Position numbers and translations under genes: made by a program. DNA of 64,000 nt from Octopus sinensis. Its lineage: Eukaryota. The notes under the pieces were generated by a model that worked only from the letters and a program-made list of their open reading frames with translations, had not been told where the DNA came from and ran no database searches. Where the stretch lies: assembly GCF_006345805.1 (NCBI RefSeq), contig NC_043015.1, positions 27,280,001-27,344,000 on the forward strand, in the 5' to 3' direction. Positions 26,439 through 39,060 of the stretch are shown here, in pieces (within the stretch, counting starts at the first letter, position 1; every line of letters starts with the position of its first letter).

Positions 26439-26798
26439 CTTGATTATAAAAGCTACAACCTCCACATCCTTTGAAAATTGCTTCCTGTGACTTTATTTCG
26501 TTTTTTTCATTGGACACACAAACTGGATGTAACTCCCTCACCCTCTGTAACAGAGAGCAATCATCATTTTTTCATACCAGACATCTCTAATGAGCACAGA
26601 TATTAGATAACCATCCAGTTACCTAAGATCCGGTGCAAAAACACATTGATAACATTGACTGTAGTGGTTTTATATATCAATAATGCTATATACTTTGATT
26701 TATATATATATCATCATCATCATCGTTTAACGTCCGTTTTCCATGCTAGCATGGGTTGAACGGTTCGACTGGGGTCTGGGAAGCCAGATGGCTGCACC
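26439..26798 (-). repeat. Right arm of an inverted duplication (partner 18574-18686 plus 23404-23650)
   Basis: Reverse complement matches both flanks of the Gypsy element contiguously, without the element. Confidence 0.95.
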
Positions 26799-27899
26799 TG
26801 CACGTGCAAACGGAAGCAGCGTATTGTAATCACTCGTCTTTGCTTGTATTTGCAAAATTACTGGAAAACGGCTTTTCACCAAATTTGGCAGAAATACTCA
26901 TTGGGTGAGTAGCTCGAAATGAACATTTGGTTTGACTATCTTCAAACATGCATAAATGCATACACAGATATGCAACTCTGTGTGGGTGTGTATGTGTGTG
27001 TGTGTGTGTAGTGATGGATTCGAAGGTTACATTTATTTACAAGTTGATTTCTTAATCTCACCGGAGTATAAATACCTAAAATGGGTATGCTTAAAAAAAA
27101 AATTTTTTTTTTCTTTTTACAAATTTCCCTCTTAGCAAGTGATCATATTATTTATATCCAGCAATGAACTACAGTTTGTTTGATTCACCTGCCATCATTG
27201 AAAGACGTGCAAAATACTTCTCTATTTTCTATAAGAATTTCATTTTGTTCACTTTCTTTTTCGTATGAATCGACCCATGTCTGCATGTATATAGATCATG
27301 GTATACCTGTGCACATAAAAACGTGTGAGTACATACATGCATAGATATGTGACTGTGTGTGTGTACAGTGATGGATTCAAGGGTTTCGTTTATTTATGAG
27401 TTGATTTCTTAATATCACCGTTCTAAGGCTTCTAATCCTTCTTTTAGTCAAACACAAAACTTAATTCAATTCAATTAAAAAGCACGTGGAAACAACGCAT
27501 TGTAAGCAACATTATAATCTGCGAAAAAATTTATTTGCGTGCAGGGTATGCATCGCCCCTCCGATGCTTTTTTTTTTTTTCATTTGATCTGTGATACTTA
27601 TTTCATATCCTGTTTAGCGATTATGGAACACAGCTCTATCATTTACTACTTGATATAAAAATCTAGCTTACTGTGATTCACTTTTTCTTATTGCATCAAA
27701 GCCAAGCTGAAGCTGTCGTTTCTTTTAGGTATTATTAGTGATTGTATTACGCTGATCATCGAAGGAGACGGACTAATCTTCTTCAGTGAGGGACTGATTG
27801 ATGACTCGAAAGCATACAGCTCAAATATACATCAATAGAAATATACATCAATAGAAATATTACTTATGTTTTTAAAATATTACTTATGTTTTTAAAATC

Positions 27900-29330
27900 A
27901 GTCTAACACTTCAAACTATTCTTTCAGCAATTCCATTTATTCTAGAGGCTATGGAGATGTTTTCATCGGTTTACATATGATCTTATTAAAGCAAGTTATG
28001 AGCAAGCAATTGGTTTGCTGTCCACAATGCTCCAAATTTCAATCGATTCCTAGTTACTGCTGAGCAAAAACATACCTCAGTAGTTTTTATCCTCTATTTT
28101 GTAACAAACGGCTTGGTGAAACAATTCGCCATTAAACCATCTTTAACTTTCAATTTACTATTTTTTAATGACTTAAATGGCCTTTCAGCAATTTTGCTTC
28201 GTTTATTATAAATACATTTTAATATATTAGATAAAATGTTATCATTAAATACATCCAGTTTTATATTTTTATTACATCAGTTTATAAAAGAAGGATAAAC
28301 AGAAAACCATTGTCCCTGTCCCCCAAATCAATATTATCAATCAACTCCCATAATGATAATGCATTTACACCTGATAATCTCACGTGATCGTTTTACATAG
28401 GATATTTAAATATCAAACGCTCATATTTGCTATGCCTTTCTCCTAAGTAAATGTAAATGTTACTTCCAATAAAATTTTCAGCCAAACAGAAATGCCATCT
28501 ACATAGAATACACCAGATAATTGCTAATTATTCCCTCTCAAAATTTGAGTATCTTGTTTCAGCTGTTGTTAAAGGCTCTTTACAAATATCGTCCAAGATG
28601 GCCGTCAGATGAAACTTTTACTCAGAGACATTATTTTTTTTTTACTTGTGCCAGTTGTTAACATAACTGTGTTTTGTTTTTCTTTGTAACATCACAACTC
28701 TGGACAACTGACTTTGACAATAACAACAGTTTATTAGCCTTTTGTTGTTGTATTCTCATGAAAATTGTAGACAAATAATTCAAGCAGTGCAAAACGATCT
28801 GTTTAAGGATTAACAAGTTCAATAAAAGATTCTTTACTTCCAGGACTATCAGATTGCAAACAAACTTTGGTAGCTTCATGGAACTTTCCTCGAGTGATAC
28901 AAAGTTGGCTTCCTGTTGACATTCTTTGAATGACTTTAACAAGATACCATTTTGTTTGCTAAATACAGGCACATTACCCAGATAGACTTCCACCTGAGCA
29001 CCTCCAACCAGGACACCATTTAACATCTGGAACAAATACTGCTAAGTGTTGTGCTCAATGATCTAACTATTCCCTCACCCTGGAGTGACATTTTATCAGC
29101 TCCAAAATGATGGAAGACAAAACTGATCTCGATAGGATTTCATTAAGAACGTAAACAAATAACTCAAGGCTTTGTCCATTTCTCTAAACATTCTGCAATC
29201 CACTGCCTTAATAAAAGATTTTAACAGTTCCTTAAACTTTGGTTGTTTTACAACCATAATTATTACTACTGAACAATAATCGAATGATATAATCTCCTTC
29301 GTCAAGCTATTTCCTAAAAGTTAATTCATC
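27900..29330 (-). mobile_element. Old, highly decayed Gypsy pol relic
   Basis: RNase H-like LTTAETRYSNFERE*LAIIW at ~28510-28572 and integrase-like RINGIAERIV at ~27903-27946. RT-like traces lie upstream in the expected order. Confidence 0.55.
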
Positions 29331-32300
29331 AGTTTCGAACACATACTGAGCTCAATTCATCACAGTCCTTAATATTGTCAACCTTTTTCGGATCTCGTCT
29401 CCTTGGCATGTAGACTGTTTAACCAACATAATCAAATATATGTAATACCAATACATACATTGACTAGATAAATATTATCATTGTCATTTTACCTGTTCAA
29501 TTGATCCCTTGGCAAAATAACGCTGTTTCGATTCTATTACCTTAATGGATCCAATCATTGTAACTTCTCTTATTTTGTACACATTTCTTTCTGATGAAGA
29601 TATTCTTCCTTCAAATCCAATTTAACAAAATAATTCAAGCCAAAACGAGAATAAAAAAATCGACTCAATATTTGGAACCGGATAACAATTTGAGACGACT
29701 TCCTTTATTTACACCCCTTCCTGCATAGAACCCACTTATTCTGGAAAACCCTTCCACCATACAACTATTTAATCCCGCCCAGGAGACCCTTTCTAAAAGC
29801 CTTCATTAATTAGTTTCATTGGTTATTTTAACTTATGATTTAAGTTGGTAAAATAACAAAACCTCATATTTTCTTTGATTAAAGCGTTATCCTTAAATCC
29901 TCTGAATTTCCCAATAACCAGTACTTATGTCACAGCTTTATCACAATATCCTATTTTTATTTTTACATTCAGCAACGATAACACATTTATCTTTATATCA
30001 GTTTTTATTAATACCTCAAACTTACCCTAAATTTTAACAAAAAACCCATAAAATTAATTTAGTCTACTTTTATTTTATTTTATTTTGTCTTATAAATCCA
30101 GAAATCCTGACTTCTGGTGTCAGCTTCATATCTTAATGGTTAATATTGTTGACTTTCACATTCTCAATATCAATATCAAGAACAATTCCAAGAACCTTCA
30201 TATTTAATTTCCTTGGGTGTTTTGTAGATTTACTCTCTGAAAGTGATTCTTTTTTACACAATAAAAGTTTTAGTAAATATAAGATGTTTAGACAGCGCAT
30301 GCTTATCTCAAGAAGAGTGACATTTTAGAATCAGATTTATATTTGTAGACACCAACATAGAAACACACTGAAATCAAAATCATTTTTCTGTTTGCATTGC
30401 TTCAATCATTTGAATTGAATTGAATTGAAACTATTTCAAACTCTTGAAGGAATTCAGTGGCATGCATTAAATTTCAGATCAGTGGAAGGCTGATCACATG
30501 ATGTCTTTCAGTTTTATTTTAATCATCTCATCGTCTGCATTTAGTCAGTCTTTCCCGTCTGTGTTTCTCAAATTCACAAAAACTAGCCAACTCATTGAAT
30601 CGCATTGAATATCTTGGGATTTGATTCAGTTTGATTTAGTGAAGATAAGAATTTGGTCCTTTCAGCAATTAATATTACATTTCTTAGGAAACCGATTGAC
30701 GACATCATCATAGAGGTTTACTGCTACAACTCATTTTCTCCAAGTTCCAAAAGCTTCACCATCACTGAAATTTCCTATATAACCTAATTTCCATAAAAAA
30801 AATATTTGTTTATATCAATTATCTAAAATTGCTTTGTTCTTGTTGTTGCAGTTAAACATTGCAGTTTTGCATTTGTTATATCAGGATCATCAACTTGACA
30901 TTCAGGATCAGCAGCAAATGATGCTGTAGTCTTGCCTTTGTAATTCTACAAGATGGAGTTTATTTAGCAACAAGTAGAGTTTATCTACACTAATGAAACT
31001 GATATAATAAGTTTTAAGTTATGGAAGTCCCGTGATGTGTTCATACAAGCAAAGAAAATTATTTTTTTCATTGTGTCTCATTCAAAACAATGGCCTCACT
31101 AGCTCACTAGAGATAAGATCCATATTAATGGTCACAAAAATACTGACTGAACAATTTGCTAAGTTATGTTGGGGACAGGAATGGATAAAAAAATCCCCAA
31201 CACCTAAAGTTGTAGCAAATAGAGATTAAGAAAATATTCGTTTAGACTTAGTTAATCCTGATCAAGCAGATCAATGATTAAAACATTTCCCAGCAGTGGC
31301 CAGACTTGCTTTTCTATTTTTCTTTAAGTTCTATTAAGTCTAGAATCACTCTATTTCATGTATTCCTCTTTAAACTTTTTTTTAAACAGTAGGTTGTGAT
31401 TTGAAGATTTGGCTGCTATCTCTTGGAGAAAGGGGAGATCAGAAACAGGCTCGTATTATTTAATTGTAATTCAAATAAAAAGCTCTCTTATTTCAATTTA
31501 AAATGCGCTAAAGAAAATATTTTAAATAGGTTAATGACATGATTTTAAATGATTAAGTGAACGGTTGGTGTCCTGAATGCCATGATAAACAATTTTTAAT
31601 TCACAAAAATCTTTTTTTTAGTTGAAGGGAAAACCCCAGCACCTATCGAGATGTTAGCAACTCCAAAACAAATTAATCTCTGAATTTAATTTACATGTTT
31701 GTAAGAGAGGAAGCCAGATCTTTATTTGCAGCAAAACACAATGCACATGCTTCGCTCTATTAGAATTAGTATTTTTCCTATCTTTATCCTGCGATAAAGC
31801 TCAGGGAAAACTGTTTTCGATGCAGTTTTTCTCAGTTGTCGTAACTGCTTCTCTTCACACCTTTCATTTACAATATTTCCTTTTACATTATTTGGAAAAA
31901 AAATCCTTTGGAAAAACACGTTCTCAGCAATGTTGTTTTATGTCTACATATACAAGCACTGTGGAGTAGCAAAAAGCAATCGGGCGAGTATTAAATGTTG
32001 TTGTATATCTAATTTTGCCTCTTTGCATTTTATAGCTTAAATCCTTTCCGAGAATCAATTTTGCTCTTCCTCATCGTATAACTCCCTCTCCCTACACAAT
32101 ATATACCCTTGTAGCAATAAAGAAAATCAAATTTAAATCATTCAAACAAATGTTTTGCATTTCATCAATATTTAAAATCAATATTATATGCTGTTATGCA
32201 ATATCGTTCACAAGGATCGTGCAATTTGTTTTACACACGAAAAGAGAAGCTCTTTCTTGCCAGCAGAATGAACTTTTCCCGCTCTTACTCTGGCTTTTAT

Positions 32301-34409
32301 GCTTTCAGAGCATCCTCATGCAATAATGATTACATTCCCTTGGTAACAGAGGTTCCCAGCTGTTTCCAAATATTTGAAAGACTTCTCTGCCTGATAGGAC
32401 AGATTACTAACTACTCTCGTACCTCAGCTAGATCCCAAGCCCTTCTCTGTTACCCTGCCTGCAATCCTACAGTTTCTGTTACTCCCAGCCTCGAGTCTGC
32501 ATTGTACTCAAAACCTCTACTTCCATCTTTTCTGAATGACCACTTCTGAGATAGCAGCAGAGTCATTGCATTCTTTCTTGCTCGCTTTACTTTTATGTCT
32601 CATTGTTTCACTTCTTTCATTTATATTTGCAACTTTTCCTTTAATTCTTTGACTGGTTCAATTATGGCAACAAGGTAGTCAGCAGATCAGACATTCCAAA
32701 GACAGCTGCTCTTGAACTCTTCTGGTGAATTATAACATTTATTGACGTCTGAGGCATGTAATGCAAAGTCGACCTCTACAGGATTCTAACTCCAACAAAG
32801 AAAGACTTAATTCAAATATTGTCAAGATTTTAGTGATTTCATCGTCAGACATATTGCTCTGCGGTGATTGTTCCAAGCATTAAGTTTTGAGATAAAAATT
32901 ACATGATGGCACCGGCACATTTCATCCTTCCAGGAATGGAGAAATGTCTGAATTAAAGTGTGCTGGCAGAATCGTTAGATTGCCATACAAAATGCTTGAA
33001 TGCATTTCGTCCGTCTTTACATTCTTAGTCCAAATTCCACCGAGGTCGACTTGGCCTTTCATCCTTTCAAAGTTTATGAGATGGATAACAATTGAGCATG
33101 CAGCGATGTAATCAGTCCATTCCCTCGATGTTTCAAGTCTTCAGTAGAAAAATGATCTCTGTTGTTAAAGTGTCGGGGAAACTGTTAAGTGGCATTTGCT
33201 CCAGCTCTACGTTTTGAGTTCAAACATCACCAAAGTTAACTTTGCCTTGCAACAACTTTTGGGAGTCGATAAAAATGTCCACCAATCGAGTCCTGGAATT
33301 GATGTAATTGCTCATTATCTTCCCCTTAAAATAGTTGATCCAAGATTTGAAATATTATTGTCAAACACAAAAACTTAATACAAGTTACAATCTTTTATCT
33401 CAAATTCTGGGGAACAAAAAATGTTTCAGATTTCAGAGTATATATTGCCTTCTATAAAATTGGACAACTTGGGTTTGGAATCTAAGTCTAAACTAAATAT
33501 CTGTCTTTCCATAATATAGTTTAAATATATAATCTGAATAGTTTTATATGAATTTTTAATAACATTTTATGCGTAATTCCATCAAAAAGGTAAGTTGTAA
33601 CTCCCCACCTACGATATCTTGTTTTAATTGAAAGATTACAGCACGTACGTTATTTGTATTTTGTGGTTTATTCTACAGGTGTTAGGCTTTATGTAAGGTA
33701 TAAAGACAAAACATTGAACGTAATTACAGGTAAATAAAATCAAATATTTTTAAGCAGCATTTTATTTTAAAGTAATGTATGAGCAATGAGTCTTGTAGTA
33801 GTAGTAGTAGTATGGGGGGAATTCATTGCAAAAGTGCATCACTGCATTCACCATTTGTTGGTGATTTCCTACATTTTTGCACCATTCTGGAAAACCCCAG
33901 CACCTTGGATAGTCATTGCAGACGAGGATTTTACAAAACCAGAGTGCAAATCCTACCTCCACCTCTTTTAGTCACCTTTTACAACATTCAAAAGAAACAT
34001 TGGGTCTATTTTTTGACATTCGTGCATGGGAAATTCAGTTCTCACATAAGAATAGGTAGGAATATGCATTTAAGCTATTAAAATTACAAATGTATTTTAG
34101 CTGTGAGAATAAAGAAAAAAAATTAACTTTAATATACCATTTACTGGAAAAATTGTAAAGTCTAAATAATTTAAATACGTAAAATGCATAATATAATAAA
34201 CATAAATTAAGCTAAAACTCTATAATTTAATCTATTTTCATTAATTTATTTATTTTATAAACATCTAATTTTTAACTTATTCTAATTATGTAATATAGAC
34301 TATATAATCTCGTGCAAATTTACACACATTTTACTACAACAAATTATAACTACAACAATTAGTAACATAAAACAGGGTTTATATATATACACAAATTAGC
34401 TAAACTTAT

Positions 34410-34990
34410 AATATAAGTAACTTAATTTATGTCTACATTTAATTTTTCACTCGTCTAGGGAATTAATCAATTTTTAACTAATAAATTCGTTAGTAGATAA
34501 TAAACAAAAATTACTACCTATTCGATATGATTTTGTCTTACAAACTATCTCCCAATTTAAATTGTACTTAATATTTTTAGATTTTAGTTCCCATATATAT
34601 ATTTACTAAGGCCAGTAGTATTAATCAAATTTCTATTCTTAAATGAATTCATGCGTTGAGTCACCCGTAATTTAATTTTATTAGAAGTCGAACCTATATA
34701 AATCGCATTTAAATTATAACCATTCTTATTATTATCATCAATCAAAGTCACTACACATTTATATACTACATCATCCAAATTACATTTAGTTTTGATTTGT
34801 TTTTGTAAAACTTATTCTGCTTAAATTTATTAAAAGAAATAATGTTGTCAACATTATTAGTAGTAGAATAACCAACTCCAAAATTATTACTAGAAAAAAT
34901 GTTATTATATCTTTTATTATCTGTAATGAATACTTCAATTATAGTTAAAATATCTTTAATAATGTTTGTTTTAACTTGAGCTCCATAAGG
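34410..34990 (-). mobile_element. Penelope-like element 3' coding fragment (GIY-YIG endonuclease), very AT-rich
   Basis: IIPYGAQVKTNI..., VVYKCVV...IYIGSTSNKIKLR...LSKYI, LNWEIV...FCLLS...KCRHK. Confidence 0.8.
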
Positions 34991-36346
34991 AATAATTAAC
35001 CTTAGATGTACTATGAGTGTGTCACACACCGAATTCGAGTTCGATAACAGACTTCGTGGATGTACACTGCAACTCCACCATGACTTCTTTTTTTCTTCTG
35101 TCTGTACGGAAGATAGCATACATCAGTATGTGTATCTCCATATCACTTATGTCAGCAGATAGATGTGGTTCTGTAAGTGCAATGCATATAGTTGATTACG
35201 TGCAGAAAGATTCTTCAGGTGCTCAATTTTGCATTTGCTGTTGTTCTGCAGCAGGCCTCTTATATTCATCAGTAGAAATGTCATTGGTTTTGGTGTGATG
35301 GGTGGCAGTGGTGGTCAACGGGGATCCATCAATTGTAGCAGTCTTGTGTGCGAGGGTACATAGCTCAGCTATTTCCTGTGCCACACTTATAAAATTTTCT
35401 TGCTCAATGGCTGCAGCTTGTACTGCATCTGCACATAATTTCTGTCTGGCCTTCTTTTCTGCAGGTTTGTGCTGGGATATAGATTTTTTTAAGTGTTGTT
35501 TCTTTCGTTGGGTGAGTGATGGATTTTGTGGCAGTTTGTCCCACTCTCTCCATGCCAATAGACACCACTTTTGTGGAACTTGCAGATAGACCTTTTCTCT
35601 GAGAGGGTCTGATTTGGGTTTTTATTTTAGAACCATTTTCACTTGCCTTTCATCTGGTGTCTTCTTTTTCTACTTCTACAATGCCACTTTGGGAGGTGTT
35701 AGGACTGTGATTGTTCGCACCTTTCTCGTTTCCTTCCTTGTTGAGTTTTTTATCTTTGGTGTTGATCTTGCCACTGCTTTCTGTCTGAGGTTTCTCAGAG
35801 GCATTACCATCATTTTTTTCGCCACTTTTGAAAATGATGTCCAGTTTCTCCGGGTATGGCTTCTTCCACTCTATCTGCGCCACAGATCTGGAGAAACCAT
35901 TGCTCTTCAGGCAGCTGTAATTAAATTATTTGGTGAATCGCCTTCTGCGATTTACCAGGTACGTAGGAATGATTCTATCTCTGTAGACTTCCAATTTCTT
36001 GTCATCTTCCTTGTGTGGTGTGTAGCTTTTGTGTGTGTGTGTAGTTGGTTTTTGAGTACAAATAAAGAGAGCAGAGGTGTGATGTGAGAAAGAGCGGAGG
36101 AGAGTGGGAATAAGTTGGGTAGATGAGGGGGGGAAAGAAAGCTGGGAGAGGGAAGAGACCAAAGGAGATGACGGGGGGGGGAATGTGAGGGAACAGACAG
36201 GAAAGTTGAGTCAGAGAAGGGGGCAGAGTGGAGATTGAGAGGGAAGGGTCAGTATGCAGGGGAGAAGATGGTGGGGGATTGGGTTGTAGGTGTTGGTGGA
36301 TGAGATAAGGGGGGAGTAAGTGGGAGTGAGAGAGACTAGATACACT

Positions 36347-36350
<4 letters not shown>
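34990..36350 (-). mobile_element. CR1-type LINE 5' part: ORF1 with decayed CCCH finger and start of the ORF2 AP endonuclease
   Basis: ICKFHKSGV(Y)WHGESGTNCHKIH at ~35520-35585. APE motifs IALTEPHL, YAIFRTDR and RSHGGVAVYI at ~35060-35190. Confidence 0.7.
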
Positions 36351-36392
<42 letters not shown>

Positions 36393-38589
36393 AATACATA
36401 CCTGTCTTCGTCCTTTGTTTTTTATAAATTTCATCTATATACGTATATATAAATATTTATATGTGTGTGTGTGTGTGTGTGTACATATATATAATGTACT
36501 TATGAAAGAAAATGTATATTTGTGTGTGTGTGTGTGTGTGTAATAAATATTTCAAACATAACATTAAGTTTGAAATATTTCAAACAAGTAAATAATTTCC
36601 TCACAGCCAAAGAGAATAATATATTTGTTTAGGGCCTAAAGGACCCCATCAATTGTTTCATATCTGCTATATTTGTCAAAAGATAAACATTCCAAATAAA
36701 AAAAGTTTAAAAAAAAACAAACACAAACAACTTTTATTGTTTGTGTTTTTATGCTTTAGATTAGATTACAAGCAGGAGATAAATTGAAGAACCCACAACA
36801 TATCTCACACCAAACTGCTTACTATATTATTATTATTATTATTATTATTATGACAGGAAGCTAGAATCATCACTGCAACGAAGATAATGCTTAGTAGCGG
36901 TTGATGTAATCGACTGACCCCCACTCCCGAAATTGTTGGCCTTATGCCAAAATTTGAAACCATTATTATCATTATTATTAAATTAAACATAACAGGAATG
37001 AGATGAAGAATTGTTTGAGTGAATGCTTTGCAATATTTCTTTAATTCCAATTTCAAATCCCACTTAAGTCCATTTTATCTGTCATCCATTCAGGGTCAAT
37101 AAAAGTATCAGTCAAGTACTGGTGCCAGGGGTACTGACGGCTCCTTCTCCCCTTAAAATTGTTGTCTAAATCAAAAGCAAAGGGCACGAGTGACAGAGGT
37201 GGTATTTCTTCCAGTTTTTGATGCTCTGAGTTGAAATCCTTCTATGGTCAACTTCCTGTCTTATCTCTTCAGAGTTGATAAAATAAAGTACCAGTCAAGT
37301 AATGGAATGATGCAACCAGCTAACCTTCTCTTCTTAAAACTCTACATGTTGTTCCCATGCTAGAAACAACTATTAAGCATAAAGAAAATCAAAAAGCAGA
37401 GTCAGTAGAGTAACAAACTAAAGCCAGTGTTTAACTTGGGGTCCTTTAGGTGTGGCTTAGAATTTTGTTGTAGTCAACTTCAGTTTCATGCTTCAAAAGT
37501 CAGTAAATTAAAGTATCAGTTATATGCTGGGGCAGATTAAATCTACTCTATCATTTGCCTTAAATGTGTAGCCCACCACCAGGCAAGAAAACCAGAATGA
37601 CAGACCAAAAACCTGAGAGTATTGAATTGTAATTCTCTTTGAATCTAAGTTGAAATCTTGCCAAAGTTAACTTTGCATTTCATCTCTCCAAGAGTCAATA
37701 AAGTAGTATTCAACTACTGAGACTGATTTAATAGAAAAAATCTTTTTAGTCTATTTAAATATAAAAGACTAGCAGAATCCTGGTAGCATTGGATAAAATA
37801 AATTGCAATGTTAAGATGTGGTGTTTTAAGTTCTGGTAGCTGATCCCAAAGGAAACAACATTACTTTTTATCCTTTGAAGGATAAAATAGTATAAAGTAC
37901 TGGGATTGATAGTGCTGACCACCCACTTGCCTTCAAAATAACTAACCTAATGCCAAAATGCAAAATCATTATTAAGTTCTGATTTTTTATGTTCTCAGTT
38001 CAAACGCCACCAAGGTCAACTTAGCCGTTCATCCTTTTGGAATCAAATGAAAGAAAGTAGCAGCTGAGTACTGAGGTTGAGGTAATTAACTTAAACCCAT
38101 TGCCTAAATCTGAAGCTATTAATTAGTGCCACCAGGAAGAGTGTTGGTTTGAGATAACCTCAACAGGCACAAAAGTGCCACCAGGCAGGACTGCTTCAGA
38201 TGTGTACAAAGTGATGAAACTATATTGTACAAACACATGCAGTATCCAAGCATGGAACTATGTTGAACAGTTATTGTTATGTGTAGAATAAATTTGACTG
38301 TCAGATAAGAATCACTCCACCATCCAGTTCTAACAATGTAGGGTAAGCAGTGTTCCTTTGTCTAATGTTTGTGGCAAAAGAAGTTGCATGGTGGACTGAA
38401 AAGATTAAGGAGAGACACTTTCTCCTTTAGTCATGTCCAGTTCTAAGCATGGATAGAGACGGAAGTACTCTCTGCCAGTAATTTGTCAAAAAGTTGGGGG
38501 CTGTGACAAAAATGGTAAGGGTGAATGACCCTAGAGAATAGAGAACAATAGTTAGGCAAAGGTTTGTGTTGTTAGTGATCAGAATGATT

Positions 38590-39060
38590 ATATATGTGTA
38601 AGGGTTTTTCATTGGCCCCAGTTGGAGGTCGAAAGGTAATGCAATTTTTATCAGAAGAGGAGCAGAGGAGGATAAAATCTCAATGGACCAAAAAGAACAG
38701 GGAAATTCAAACTTAACAGATGTGTCTCATAGAGGCCACCTGTTGGCTTTTGTCAACCCTGCCAACAATGAAAAAGCAGATACTTTAATTAGAACTGATA
38801 GATGGCATCAGAGCTTGCAATTAGCTATGGTAGTGCTCACAACATTATTGAAGTCCTTTGAATATTCAAAAGTACCAAAACAACTGACAGATGAGCATGG
38901 GATGGGAAGGGTTACCTGAACTCCTTGAACTCAGTGAAAAAGACAAAACTTTCTTTCAATGGCTTATAACTGGTGATGAAACTAGGATTCATCATTATGA
39001 ACCAAAATCAAAAACACAATCAATGGAATGGCATCATTCAATGTCTCCAAAGACAAAAGA
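38590..39060 (+). mobile_element. mariner transposase relic
   Basis: WLITGDETRIHHYEPKSKTQSMEWHHSMSP (first catalytic D motif), preceded by SKVPKQLTDEH. Confidence 0.8.

Noticed and set aside
32330-32780. Possible CR1 ORF1 (zinc finger/esterase) relic on the minus strand
   Set aside because: Only vague motif traces with many stops; needs a profile search.
33128-33150. Minus-strand CTGAAGA-CTT-GAAAC
   Set aside because: No stem II, I or III; lies inside a degenerate SINE.
36640-36695. Possible decayed hammerhead (CTTTTGA...GAAACAATTGAT, minus strand)
   Set aside because: Three core mismatches and no stem I.
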